Positions 11,909 through 38,190 of a stretch of DNA of 64,000 nucleotides are shown piece by piece. The DNA lies in the NCBI RefSeq assembly GCF_009914755.1, contig NC_060934.1; one strand, 5' to 3'. The position numbers were made by a program, and so were the translations under genes. The notes beneath the pieces are model-generated. The model did no database searches. It was not told the origin of the DNA and was given only the letters and a program-made list of their open reading frames with translations. This DNA comes from the human T2T-CHM13v2.0 reference genome, Homo sapiens. Within the stretch, counting starts at the first letter, position 1, and the number at the start of each line of letters is the position of its first letter.

Positions 11909-12076
11909 TAACTGGTTGCTTGAATCAAGCATGTCATTCACTCATCACAACAAGCTTTGATCATTTTGTTTTGATGGGAATAAATTGGACCTAGGCTTTG
12001 TTGGGTTTGGGTTATAGCTTGCAAATGAAAGGCTGAAATGCAATCACAGGAACCATGTATCTGCTGTCTGAGCTGC

Positions 12077-12571
12077 TGATGCAGGGCAGGCGAGCCCCAA
12101 AGTGGAGCTTAGCCTGCGAGGATTCTTGGCTTTGCCCACGAAAGAATTCAAGAGCAAGCTGGAGGTAGAAGAAAATAGCTTTATCAAAGAGGCAATGTTA
12201 CAGCTCCAGCGGTGTTACAGCTCTATGACTGCTCCTGCAGAGCAGGGCTACCCTGTAGGCAAAAAGTAGCAGCTCAGGGCAGTTTTGCAGTCATATTAAT
12301 ATTAATACTTACTTTTAATTGCATGCAGATTAAGGGTTGGTTTATGCAGAAATTTCTAGGCAAGGGGTAGTAACTTTTGAGTTAGTGGGTCATTGACATG
12401 GAAAGGGGCAGTAACTCCCAGGTGCTGCCGTGGCAACAGTAAATTGACATGGCACACTGGTGGGCATGTCTGATTGAAAGCTGCTTCCACCCCAGCCCTG
12501 TTTTAGTTAGTCCTCAATTTGGTCCGGTGCCTGAGCTCTTCCTCTAGAGTTGAAACCCGCCTCCTACTTCA
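12077..12571 (-). mobile_element. Solo ERV1-class LTR (MER4 group, MER66-like; subfamily uncertain)
   Basis: TG...CA termini; 4-bp TSD ctgc/ctac; a poly(A)-signal-like ATAAA on - strand. Confidence 0.75.
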
Positions 12572-14369
12572 CTACCAGGTGTTTGTGTGGCCATGTTCTC
12601 AGTCTGTTTCCCAAATCCTCAAAGCATTTGGGAAACTTGAAAAGTACACATAAAACCTGAAAAGCAAACAAGGAAAGCTTAGCTTATTCCTGCATCCTCC
12701 CAGAGAAGGAGAGCAGCATCCACTCTCATCTCACTTTCTACCTTAACAGGAAGAGACCTGTGCTAGACTCACTATCCTTGAAGGTGTCTTTAAAAAAACA
12801 GACTTGAACATAGTCAGATTTTTATTTTTGCTTGTCAAGAAATATTCAGTAGCAATATTTAAAAGATAGGTCCCCATCTCCAAGGACTAGTTCCCCTCTT
12901 TGTCAACAAATGACCTGCACAGGATGGGACTACAGTATTTTCAAGTCCCCCATGGAGGAGGGCAGTTTTGGGTAGAGCCTAGGAGCTAACCCTGAGGTCC
13001 TCAAGGTTAAAAATCTGATAAATGACCCAAGGAGGTGTGTAGCCTGTGAGCTGAACATCTGTTTCATTACAAATTTTCCCTTCATCAACAACTGTCTTGG
13101 TAAAATATACTGGTATTTATTTTAATGAAGTTCCCTGCTTATACACAGAAATTGATGAAATGTGATTACTGGCCAGTTTGGTGAAAATGCTATCTTTAAA
13201 TCAGAGTCAATTATTTGTCCCTGAGTAGCTCCAACTTTAGTCACATGAAACAATGATTTTAGTATCTGATGTGTATTTCATGCAAGTGCTTCAAATGAAT
13301 AAAGGAGCTTTTCCAAGTAATTGTAGGCTGCTAGAGTTTCTACTTTCAAAGTCATCTCCCTATTAACTGTATATATTCATAGCCCATAGCATGTTGAGGA
13401 AGTAGAAGATAACAGCTACCAAAACCTAGCATTTTATGACTTTTAATAAATCCCTAATATGAAACGTGTTGACAATGAAAGAACTAACATTTTAATAAAC
13501 AAGGGTCCAAACGAACTTCCAGATCAGTTCCTCTTGGTGTGTGGTTCAAAGGATGGGATCCAGGAAGCAACCTTCTCCAAAAGCATTCCAGGTGATTCTC
13601 AGAAAGGCTGAAGTTTGAAAGCCATGGCCACCGTTCAGTTTTCCACACCTCATGGATCAAAATGCACTTCACAGGGAAAAGCCTGCAATCAGGAAACACC
13701 AATGGTACAGACCAAAAAGAACCAAGAAAAGCCTGCTCTCTCTAGCCAAAGGACCAGCAAAGGAGCAACTTAGCAAGACAGAAAACACTTAGATGAAAAC
13801 TGTCCGACTCTAGCTAACTGCCATGGGAAACACTGTGGCCCCACCTTCATCCCAGCCAGCAAATGTTGAGTGGAGAGCCTAGACTTCTGACCTCCCCCAG
13901 CACTCCTTCTCTTCCCCTCCCTCATCCTGAGTGATGTCAGAGAAGGCAAAGCGGGCACTGGGATGCTCATCACCTCCAGGTAGTAATGAGACCCTCACCT
14001 CCAGCCCTCATGTCAGGTGCAGAGCAGGTAGTGAGGCTAGACTTCCATTTTTACCCCTACTTGGAAGAGATGAGGCACCCTTTTATTCTATCCTGGTTAG
14101 AGGAGGCCCAGTGGAGAGCCAGGACTTTCACCCCAACCCAGCAGTAATGAGGTGACCCCCCCTGCCTTGGGAAAGCAGAGGTAGCCTGGATTCCACCCCA
14201 CCCCGCCCCTCTAGTTTGCATGTGCCTGGTATTCCATTGCGTATCCCTTCGTTTTTAGCCTCTCCAAAACACTTTGTTAGGTAAGTCTTTTGAATACAAC
14301 GTACAGTTACTTTGTAAAATATTCTGAAAAGCCATCCCTTTTAGGAGTTGAGTAGAATGACCACTCTAG

Positions 14370-14870
14370 GGGTGACACCCAGATGTCCCCTCAGAGAAAG
14401 TCACTCATATCCAGACTGCTGGGAGTGTTGGCGGCTGGCGGCTCTCAGTGCCACCGCTCACCAGGAATTTCCCTCAGCTCAAGGCTTTGTCTAATCCAAG
14501 TTCACAGCCCCTCAGTCCTCAGGCAGCCCTCAGGCAACGACTGATCCACAGAAGCATAGACAGGTCTGAGCACCTTGCCTCAGTGGGGCACCTCTGAAGG
14601 GCAGAGCGGCCCCAGGACACCCTGGGGGAGTGGCTGGACCCTGCTGCTGCTGCAGCTGCTTCTTTGTGGGCCAACTCCCCTGCTTGGTTCTGCTTCCCTC
14701 CTAGGACACGGGGGCTGATCCCGAGCACACGCTTGAGGAAGCCTCCTGTACATCAGCCTCTGCGTCAGAGTCTGTTTCTCAGGAACCCAATCTATGCCAG
14801 GTGTGGCCCAAGCATATTAGAAGCAGATTCTAGAACGGGATTTTGGAGCTGGCAGTGAGAACTTCTCACT
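14370..14870. mobile_element. Old ERVL/MaLR-type LTR remnant
   Basis: Degraded LTR-like motifs (ctcagtggggcacctctgaagggc, cagagtctgtttctcaggaaccca). Confidence 0.5.
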
Positions 14871-14971
14871 GATGGTAAGTGGAACATGGATGGCTCCTGA
14901 CTACAAACACATTCTCTCTTTTTTAATCCTCACCACAGCCCCGGGGGGTGGTAGCTGCTACCAACCCGTTT

Positions 14972-15388
14972 ATTTTATTTTTATTTATTTTTTTTATTTT
15001 TTTATTTTTATTTTTTTTTATTATACTTTAAGTTTTAGGGTACATGTGCACATTGTGCAGGTTAGTTACATATGTATACATGTGCCATGCTGGTGCGCTG
15101 CACCCACTAACTCGTCATCTAGCATTCGGTATATCTCCCAGTGCTATCCCTCCCCCCTCCCCCCACCCCACCACAGTCCCCAGAGTGTGATATTCCCCTT
15201 CCTGTGACCATGTGATCTCATTGTTCAATTCCCACCTATGAGTGAGAATATGCGGTGTTTGGTTTTTTGTTCTTGCGATAGTTTACTGAGAATGATGATT
15301 TCCAATTTCATCCATGTCCCTACAAAGGACATGAACTCATCATTTTTTATGGCTGCATAGTATTCCATGGTGTATATGTGCCACATTT
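14972..15388 (-). mobile_element. Young 5'-truncated L1 (L1PA2-type 3' end) inserted in a MIR
   Basis: 13-bp perfect TSD taccaacccgttt at 14959-14971 and 15389-15401; poly(T) tail; 3'UTR reads TAGATGACGAGTTAGTGGG (GAG, not the Ta ACA). Confidence 0.92.
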
Positions 15389-16715
15389 TACCAACCCGTT
15401 TTAAATTATGGAGACCAAGGCTGAAGGTGACCTAGCTCATGTAACCCACCAGGTAAGTGAGAAGAACTAGAACCCGGGCCACCCACTCCAGACCTAGGAA
15501 CTTTTATCACTTCTCTGGAGTCCTTTCTAAACAAAGAAAACTTAAATAGTAGCATACATATTGATAATGCATATGCACTGATATTGCAGATATACCTCAA
15601 TAGCTCCACTACAAGTGATCTTATGATTCATGGTAATATGATTTTACACCATCTAGTGAGTCACAATATTTGATCATTTTCGTAGTGTTACACTTTTGTG
15701 CCTGATCTGCATCGGAATCCCTACCATGTTGGCCAGCAGGGAATGTCCAGTCAGTTCTGGATAGAGAGATGGCTGAAGGGCTGTGACCAGACCAGACTGT
15801 TTTTAAGCACTTAACCTGATTTGCCCATTCTAATTAAATGTTTAGGGGTTTTCACGTTAGGTTAAAAAATAACTTTACAGTCGTTCAACTTAGGCTACCT
15901 GGATGAACATAGAAGAGAGTCACTGTGTGGCTGCCTGACAAAGTATTAATATTTAGGAGATTGACATGGAGATATTGAAAAGAAAATGGGGAAGATCTGC
16001 TGTGATTTGGAGCTGGAAAATCAGTGTCCTAAGGGCATGTTCTGTGAGGGCAGAGATTCTATCACATCTCCCGTGTATTCTCTTCAGCATCCTGTAGATG
16101 CAATGCATGTTCAGAAGGAAAAATGCCTTTGGGCATTTGGGAATGTGGTTACCTGTTGGGATGCATGTTACAACCTGAAACTATGTGTGTTGTTAGATGA
16201 TGAGAAAGAGTTGTGTTGATTGATCATCTAGGGTGATTAGATTCTATGTTTTCATGTGTAAAATCAGTGCACACTGGGGTCTTTCATTGTATTTGTTCAG
16301 TCACAGTAAATGGGAAAGTGTAAACCCAAACTGGCTACTCCTTGAGGACAATGAACCTTTGGCTTAGGTGCTTGATGGTGAAGGGGGAAAAAAAATGTTT
16401 TTATCTCATTAACCCAGAAACGGTATGAAGTCTCTCGTTTTATAGTCACATTTGTCTATCCAAAGCCCTTTCCTGAAATGCTTACAGTGAGAAATGCTGA
16501 GGCTCTGCATGAAAGCAGGAAGGCATGTGAATCAAGGAGACTGCGGTTCTCCTTCTCACACTTTAGTTTCAGAAATTCTAACTTTTGATGTTTCAAAGAG
16601 TAGCATATTTGCATCTAAAAAGTAAACACATCTATCTTTGAAGGCTACTTTTCTTAAGTAAAAATAACCTTTTTCTTTTCACCTAATATTTGGTTAAAAT
16701 GTTTTGTATTTATAA

Positions 16716-17069
<354 letters not shown>

Positions 17070-17181
17070 TAGTTCGTAAAATGAGAGCCAATTGACGTGG
17101 TATTTATTTCCATCGTCTTGTAATGAAACACACCGACACAGTGACATGCAGGCCTGTGTGTCACTTTCAGGCCCTTCCTCA

Positions 17182-17187
17182 TTTATT
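17182..17187 (-). terminator. CUZD1 poly(A) signal (a second AATAAA lies at 17103-17108)
   Basis: tttatt on + = AATAAA on -, 80 nt after the stop. Confidence 0.7.
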
Positions 17188-17266
17188 CATAATATGTGTA
17201 GCCACGAGGTAGCATTTCCTTTGGCATCCTGGAGAAACATGTCTCACTTAGGGTTGGACCTGTTAG

Positions 17267-30831
<13,565 letters not shown>

Positions 30832-30868
30832 TTTGGCAAGGCGCTGGGCAGCCTTAAGGACCGACAGC

Positions 30869-30875
30869 TTTTATA
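30869..30875 (-). promoter_or_regulatory. CUZD1 TATA box
   Basis: TATAAAA on - strand about 40 nt upstream of the ATG. Confidence 0.75.
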
Positions 30876-30948
30876 GGCTCTGTGTTACATCAGCTTTCTG
30901 GACACCTCCAGGGAAACGTCAGTTCCAGCCACGCAAGGGGTAGATTTG

Positions 30949-30983
30949 TGTGAGAATAGAGCAGCTGTGTGACTGGTTTATCA
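30949..30983 (-). promoter_or_regulatory. PTF1-like bipartite element (E-box + RBPJ/TC box) with adjacent GATA site
   Basis: Minus strand reads CAGCTG-ctct-ATTCTCACA (30967->30949); TGATAA at 30983->30978. Confidence 0.6.
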
Positions 30984-31519
30984 GCATTCCCCACAGTGAG
31001 GGTTCTCTCTCCCCAACTCCTTCCTGGAAGGGTTGCCCCCAGTGGAAGCTCTCTGTAGGGATCTCCAGCAGCTGGTTCCCAGCAGGCACTGAGTTATTTT
31101 CCATGAAACTGATGGGGAGCTGTGCCTTTCTTCTGTGCCTGCACATCACAAACAGGTGGCCTCATTGACATCATTGAAGTCTTCAGGGCTCTGCTTTGAG
31201 AAGGGAGCCTGTGGGAGAACAAAGGCCTGTGGGGCAAGGCAGGGGGTGCAGCACCTGGGCAAAATCTGGGTCCAGCTGGGACATTCAGATGCCCTGCCAG
31301 GTGGCTGACCCTGTGGGGGAGGGGAAGAGGGTAGAGGATGAAGAGAAAAAGAGTGCAGATCCAGATTCCCCCACAGCGATTTCTAACCAGTTATGTCTGG
31401 AGAGACTGAAGCAGGTGAATTAGTCTCTCGGGCACGGTGTTTTGCAGTTGAGAGAAAGAAATCCTAGTGTCCACATTGAGATTGGGAGGAGCAAGTGGTG
31501 GTGGGTGGGGGCTGCCCTC

Positions 31520-32110
31520 TTTTCATTCATTCAGTCAGTAAACATTACTTATTGATCTAGGGCCTAAGCAATATAGAATTGAATGTGAGAGACACAGTCC
31601 TGCCCTCATGAAACTTGTATTCTAAGTGGAGAGTTAAACAACAAAAATAAATGAAGAATTCAACTGGTGAGAGGAGCTAAGGATACAATAAACAGGATGA
31701 CTGCATAGATGGTGGTTGCCTTGGGGTGGGGAGGAAATATGACAGTGAGAAGGAGGGCATCTTGAGAGATGAAATCTGAACAAAGGCAGAAAGACAAGAG
31801 GGAGGCATTCATGGGTGATCTGAGCTTGGGGGCTGCATCTTAGGCAAAAGAGAGGGCAAGTGCACAGGCCCCGAGGCAGAGACCAGGTGGGCACACCTAC
31901 AATAGTAGGGAATAAAGAACAGCCTGGCTGGTCATGAGTGGGAGGAGTGAGCTGGGAGGGGAGGATGGAGAGGAGCAGGTGAAGGTCAGATGGGGAAGGA
32001 CCCATAGGGCAAATGAGTCTGGTTTTCACTCTAAGTTCAGGTGGAACATATTGAGTGGACAATGCCAGGACTGGCTACTTTCTGAAGAACCTTTGTGCAG
32101 CTCTGGGGAG
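31520..32110 (-). mobile_element. L2 fragment
   Basis: ttcattcattcagtcagtaaacatt 3' motif; gacacagtcctgccctcatg. Confidence 0.7.
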
Positions 32111-34100
32111 GTCTGACGCTCGTGTAGGCTAAGTCTCCTAGGGTGAAACCCTCTGGCTACCGTCAGCCCCTCTGTGTTGTTCTGACTGTGCTGCAGCCCA
32201 GGAGGCCTCCCTAGGGAGAGCACAGTCCTACGTTGTGACCCAGGGGATCCATTCCTCGTTGGACCCTTGCAGGGGAAAGGCAGCACCTGGGATGCTCAGG
32301 AGGAGCTTGGACATACCCCAAGGCCCCTGCCTTGCTCTGCTCCATTCCTATCTGCCCGGGCTGGCTGTGGATGAGGCAGGACTGGGTGTCCTGGGGTGAG
32401 TTAGCAGGCCACAGGTGTTTGAGATGGGGGACCCTTCTGGTTACTAAGCGCTTGCAGCTGTGTCCATGGATACCCACTCCCACCCTGGGCTTTCCCTCTG
32501 AACCCCTCTTTGTCACCCATGGCTGGGATCTCCAACATCCCTAATCCATCTCCACTGAGTGCGAGAGTTTCATGGCCACACTCTGTTAGGTGGCCCTGGC
32601 AAAGGACCCAGGCTTCCAGATCCAGTCAGGAGAGAAGCCCCCTTCAGGCCTCTGGCAACTTCCTGGGGACCACGGGGTGCTGTGGGGTCACCCTGCATCA
32701 TCTCATTGCTTCTTCTCTGTCACCTGTGCAAGTCCGCACTTCACATCAAGGACACAGAGGCTCAGATGAGTCAAGGGACTTCCCCTGGTGAAGGCCGAAT
32801 TGGGATGGGAACCGGCTCCATAGGGCTCTAAAGCCCATGTGCGGTGCTCTGTCCTCCTGCTAATGGGGGTGTCCTGAAGACCTTTGTCCCACCTCCCTCA
32901 CGGCCCCCGCAATACCTGCACCAGGTATAGTCACCCACATGGGGAGGCCCTGGCACAGGCGTCCTGGATCCAGGCACTGGGCCACCCACTGGGTGGGGTA
33001 AGAGGGGATTTGTATGTGCTCCATCTGTCAGAGCTGGCTGGTGACAAGAGAAAATCAAAGGCAGGGGACAGAGACAGTGCCCGGAAACTTAAGGGGGACA
33101 GGTGACCTCCAGCTGGAGGCTGCCCTGACTTGGCCTCTTCCCAAGCATGCTGGGGCTGGAGGCTCAGCCTCCAGGAGGTGCTCGGCGTCTACAGGCAGCT
33201 CCTCCACCCACATCTGGCCTGTTTCTGTGCCTAGCTGTCACAGCTGTTTCCTTCATTTGCGACTTCTGTTTTCCTTTTTACCCCCTTTTAGTAGATTACC
33301 ACCTGTTACTAGCTAATAATTCTTTACATTCAGTATACATGTGATGGTCACAAGCAAGGGTTTAGTTCATGAGAGGAGTGGACATGGCGGTTACAGATAG
33401 GGAATCATGCTTAGAAAGGGGTTCCAGGAGGCTCAGGGGCAGGAGCTGGAACAGAAGGCAGCTGGGAGTAAAGTGGGGAGGAGTGCTTCCTGCCACCTGC
33501 TGTTGTGGTCAGGGAGTCTGGGCTTTGGCCTTTGGCTGGTGGTTCGTGTTACAGTTGAAGATGTTGATGGCTGGATCAACACACATCACTGTTACCGTAA
33601 TCCACGCAGGAGCCACATGCTCTGGAGATTTGGGGATTGCAGTAGGAAGAAACTGGTTTTCAAAAGGTCCTTTTGAGGTCACTGAGCTCAGGCCTATCTT
33701 ACACAGGTCAGACAACTTTAACACAGGGAGGTCCTGCCTGGCTCCTCTCACTGTCTTGGATAAATGGACAGGACAACAGGACAGGTATCAGGACATGACA
33801 CCATTTTCTGCGGTGGATGTCAACCATCCAAGCCCTCACGAGAGCTAAACGAGCGACTCCAGCTGGACAAGATCAGCTGGGCTGAAATTGGAAGTGTCCT
33901 AAGAACAGTGTGCATTTTCCTTCTCGGGTGGGAGATGTGCTGGACACTTTTATTCCAATTCTCTTTCTTCTATTGCAATGCTACAAGCTAATCCCCCCCC
34001 ACATTCCAAAGTGAGTAATAAATATATTTAAACAAAGGATGTTTATAATCAACAATCAAAAAATATTGGCAGCAAAGAGGATTATTTTTAATAGTGTACA

Positions 34101-34106
34101 TTTATT
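34101..34106 (-). terminator. FAM24B poly(A) signal
   Basis: AATAAA on - strand about 130 nt after the stop. Confidence 0.7.
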
Positions 34107-34234
34107 CAAAAGTATATAAAACAACACTGTAAATTATATAATCTCACATAAAAACACTAGAACTTGATTTGAATAACAAAACAATCTACTAAGAAGTATT
34201 GCTCATGAAGATTTTTGTGCCCACCTTTCCTAAC

Positions 34235-35503
34235 TCAGAGGCCCTCATTTATGTCGCAACAGCAAGGTGGCAGGGAATCAAAACTGGCACACATTCTATA
34301 TCCTTCACAGCACTGCAGGGCAGGACAAGACTCCGTGGCAATGGTTTTGGCCTGGCTGTTCTTGGCCCACCACACCTTGTCTGGGTTGTGATTTTTTACA
34401 GCCACAGCTTCAGGTTCCTTTGCAGCTCTTGAGAAAAGACACACACAAAGCACAGGCTTAGAATTTTTCTTCTCAGCCCTTTTGTTAGAACTGTTGGGGG
34501 GTATCTGGGGAGTTTAGTGCTGAAGCCAGTCAAACATGAACACCAGCCCTACATTAAAGCTCTCTCCCCCATCCCAAGTTCCTCTCGAATCCTTTCCTCT
34601 TCTATGATTGCTATAAATGTAAACTGAGGTTACAAAAGCAAGAGTGAGTGATTTTGCAAGCAAGGTCACCCAACTGGTCACTGCAGGCCCCCGAGATGCA
34701 GGAATGATGGGAAGGTGCTGCATTTGGCTGTGTCCCAGGCTCCGGGATGTGCCATTGTGAACTCCTTAGAATGGGGACACAATTGCATCTGACAACCAAT
34801 CTCTCTGGTACTTAAAGGGTCTTCTCCCCAAAATGCAATCTTATCTGACCTACCCTCCCTTGTCCACTGTTCCCCAGGTTTTTCACACGGTTCAGCTGTC
34901 CCTGAGATCTAGAGCCCCAGTCATTTTCCCCAAGGCCTCCAGAAACAAATGGAGGAATATCCTGAGAGCTCCCAATTCAGGCAAGAAGAGATCAATCCAG
35001 CCCGTCCTCCACATGAGCACAAGGCAGAGCTCGTTCATGCAGCCTCCCCCACAGAATCTGCAGCCTACAGTGCCCAGGACAGAGGGAGTCTTGGCCAAGG
35101 TGCTGAATTAAACACCTGATGGTAAACTTAGTGAGGTCCAGTGACAGCCAAGCAGCGCTGACACTCACAGGCCAAAGCTGAGAACATTCTACCAACCCCA
35201 GCCAGGAAGAAAAAAAATAAGATTCTACACTCAGCTGTCTTTGCTTTTACAAAGCTGCCTGTTCTTCTTGACTTCACCCAGGGTATGGCCACAGCAGCAA
35301 GGAATGACCTTGCTCCAACAGGAAGCCCAGGTATCCCACTGAGGAAGTGCTATCCCCTTTTCCCCATGTGACTCACTTTAGTACGTTGTTTATTTTGAAC
35401 TTGTGACTCACTTTAGCGCGTTGTGTATTTTGAAGTAAAGACAGAGCACGACAACTATCAGCAGGAGCAAGGCCGCCAGGATACCACCAGCGATGACAGG
35501 CAT
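34235..35503 (-). CDS. FAM24B: FAM24B (94 aa), coding exons 35503-35412 and 34427-34235
   Basis: MPVIAGGILAALLLLIVVVLCLYFKIHNALK / AAKEPEAVAVKNHNPDKV...LPPCCCDINEGL; 92+193 = 285 nt; exon acceptor at 35538. Confidence 0.96.
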
Positions 35504-36734
35504 AATCACTGTATGGAGGTCAAAAGACTTCGATGTACCTAGGCAGATAAGTGCAAGCAAGCACTGAGCCCACGTGGTCTCCCTCCCCACACAACCACTA
35601 AGCAATGCCAATGTCAGGGGAGGAAGAAGAAACCCCAAACACAGATCCTTATGTGTGTAAAACACAAATGTCTTCCCAGGGCGGCCTAGGATCCCAAGCT
35701 GGCCCAGAGATGGAAAAAAAGAAATAAAAAAAGTCAGTTTGTCAATGAAAAGGAATGGAAATGCAAAGTCCAGAGAGAAGGCTATCAGAAGGACAAACAG
35801 TGGGAAGAATCTTTCCCTTTCACAGGTGTGATATGCGGCTGGAAATAACAAGCAGGCCTGCAGTGGAGCTGATGGCGTCACTCCCCAGCACCTGGGCCTC
35901 CTGAGCTATACTCATTTTCAGAGTCAGAAATGACCCCCCACTGGATATCAGGCTCAAAGCTCTTCTGTGGAAATGACTGTTTCCAAATGTTACTGTCCCA
36001 ACAATACTGAGAATATGCAAATCCATTTTGTAAATGATGCATGTTTTAGGAAAAGAACTTTACAATTCTTCCTCTGACAACTGGCATTTTTCCTCCTAAA
36101 TCTTAAATTCTCCCAAGAAATCCAATTTGAGATAATAAATTAGTTTAACTTTCTGAAACTGGGAAAAAGTGAGTCAGGGGAGAAGAATAAACAATCTGAT
36201 TGCCAAAGCATACTTACCACCTTCTAACTCCTCATGGCTGGATGAAAGCCAACAGTAAAAAAAAATTACAATCAAAGTAAACTTTAGGGAACAGGACATC
36301 TCATCACGAATTTCTCAAACCTTTAATTTGAGAAAGAAAATTCTAATGATTAACATCCAAAGTTGAAGAGCTTGCTTTTAGAAGCAGTCTTCCAGCAGAG
36401 CTAGCAGAATGGATATCCACAATCTAGTTCCAACTTCTGTGCCAATCAGGACACACGCTGTGTGACATCAACGCTCTGGACACCAGCTCTCTTTCATGGA
36501 GTTCTGAATTCCATTCCACTTCCAGATATATTTTAGCACCAATGGAAGTAGATATGCCTAAATACTCTCTTAAGCCATGGAATACTCAATCTCCCCTTTT
36601 CAGGCTTTGTTTCCCTCAGAGAAAAGTTTTAGTTAAGAGTCTGATTCCCAGAGATGCTATGTTATATTATTTTAAATGTCCAGTTTTCAAAAAAGCCTAT
36701 AAGAAAGTATGGCCCATAAAGGAGTGGGGGAGCA

Positions 36735-38190
36735 ATAAATAAAAACTGTTTCTGGAAGAAGCCCAGACATTGGCCCTACTAGAAAATACTTTTAAAGTCT
36801 TTTAAATATGTTCAAAGGAATCCATGTCCAAAAAACTAAAGGAAAATATGAGAATAATGTCTCATCATAAAAAATACCAATAAAGATAAAAATTATCAAA
36901 ATAACCAAATAGAAATTATGTCATTGGAAACTACAATAACTGAAATGAAAAATTCACTAGAAGGGCTTTCATAGCAGATTGGGATTGACAGAAGAATCAG
37001 TGAACTTGAAGATAGTTGAGATTATCCAAACTGCAATACAGAAAGAAAAAAAAATGGGTAAAAGTGAACACAGGACTTCTGGTTTCTGCACAAACATGTG
37101 AAGGGCTTGGGAGTCATCATTCCCATCCTCACAACAAGTAAAAAGCTGAATAAAGTGGCTGAATAAAAGCTGAATCAACAACTCTTAAGTCAACCAGAAA
37201 ATTGAAGTCACAGGGCAAACAGCCACCCCCAAAACTAAAGAGAGAGGTGAATACAGAGAATCCCAGCTTAGGAGCAGAAGCCATTGCCAGAGCCAGCAAC
37301 TGGTAAGAACACTTACATGGTAACTGATGTCTTCCTGGATGATGAATAGGGACTAGCGGAATATTTAAAAACTCCTGAGGGCCCAATTTTGTTTTGTTTT
37401 GTTTTGTTGGGTGGGGGCACACATTCATGAGTCATATCTCCAGGAACTCACCAGGTTCTTATAATGAAGACAACAGGAAAATTCCTTTCTGTTTTAGTCT
37501 CCACTGACACTGCAGTGGAGGTGGCCTTATTACCACTGCGAGATAATAAAAGTCATGAAATTTCACCAGGCCTCCTCTGATGCCACCCCAGAAGTTAAGT
37601 GGAAAGTTGCCCCATTATCTATTGAGTCAGAGAAGAAATCCAGACTCCCCAAGGGGTCTCCACTGATACCACAGGGGTCAGAGGTGAGTCTCTGCTCTTT
37701 ATTCAGCCTTCTCTGACACCACCCTGGTGGAGGGGTGCTTTGGGACACTTCTTTACAGCTTGGTAACAGTAGACATCTAGGCTCTCTACTCAGTCTTCGC
37801 TGGTGGAGTTGGGATAGGGCCATAGCTTTTTCTATGGTGTTTGCCTAGAATGCAGAAGCTATTGTCTAAAAGTTTTCTGTCTTGTTGAGTTGCCCATTTC
37901 CTGGTCTTTTGGCCAGAAAAACCAGTTTCTTGGTGGGGCTCTTTTGTCTGAACCCATTGGTGTTTCCAAGTTGCTCACTTCTTCAGCTCCAAGTTTAGGA
38001 ATCCGAGACAAAAAGCAAAACTTAGGGAACTCACTACCATGCTATTACTTTGATCCCAAGGTCCCTAGCTAGCCTTCCTTCTTCTCTCCACCTATTCAAG
38101 TCTTATGTTTGTTTTATATATAATGTCCATGGATTTTAGTTGTACTTAGGAAGAATAAGAAAAAGTATCTCTTCCCATAAGTGGAAGTCC
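36735..38190. mobile_element. Old L1M ORF1/5' region fragments (mixed orientation)
   Basis: acaataactgaaatgaaaaattcactagaaggg ORF1 motif and L1M 5'-like sequence also seen at 13.7-14.2 kb. Confidence 0.6.

Noticed and set aside
33369-33848. 159-aa plus-strand ORF between FAM24B and CUZD1
   Set aside because: No recognisable homology or supporting gene structure
35408-35881. 157-aa ORF as an extended FAM24B
   Set aside because: The part upstream of the 35538 acceptor is intronic, and the ORF does not start at an ATG
36211-36290. Strong minus-strand donor (GTG|gtaagta at 36218)
   Set aside because: No unambiguous partner acceptor; an exon cannot be called without RNA data
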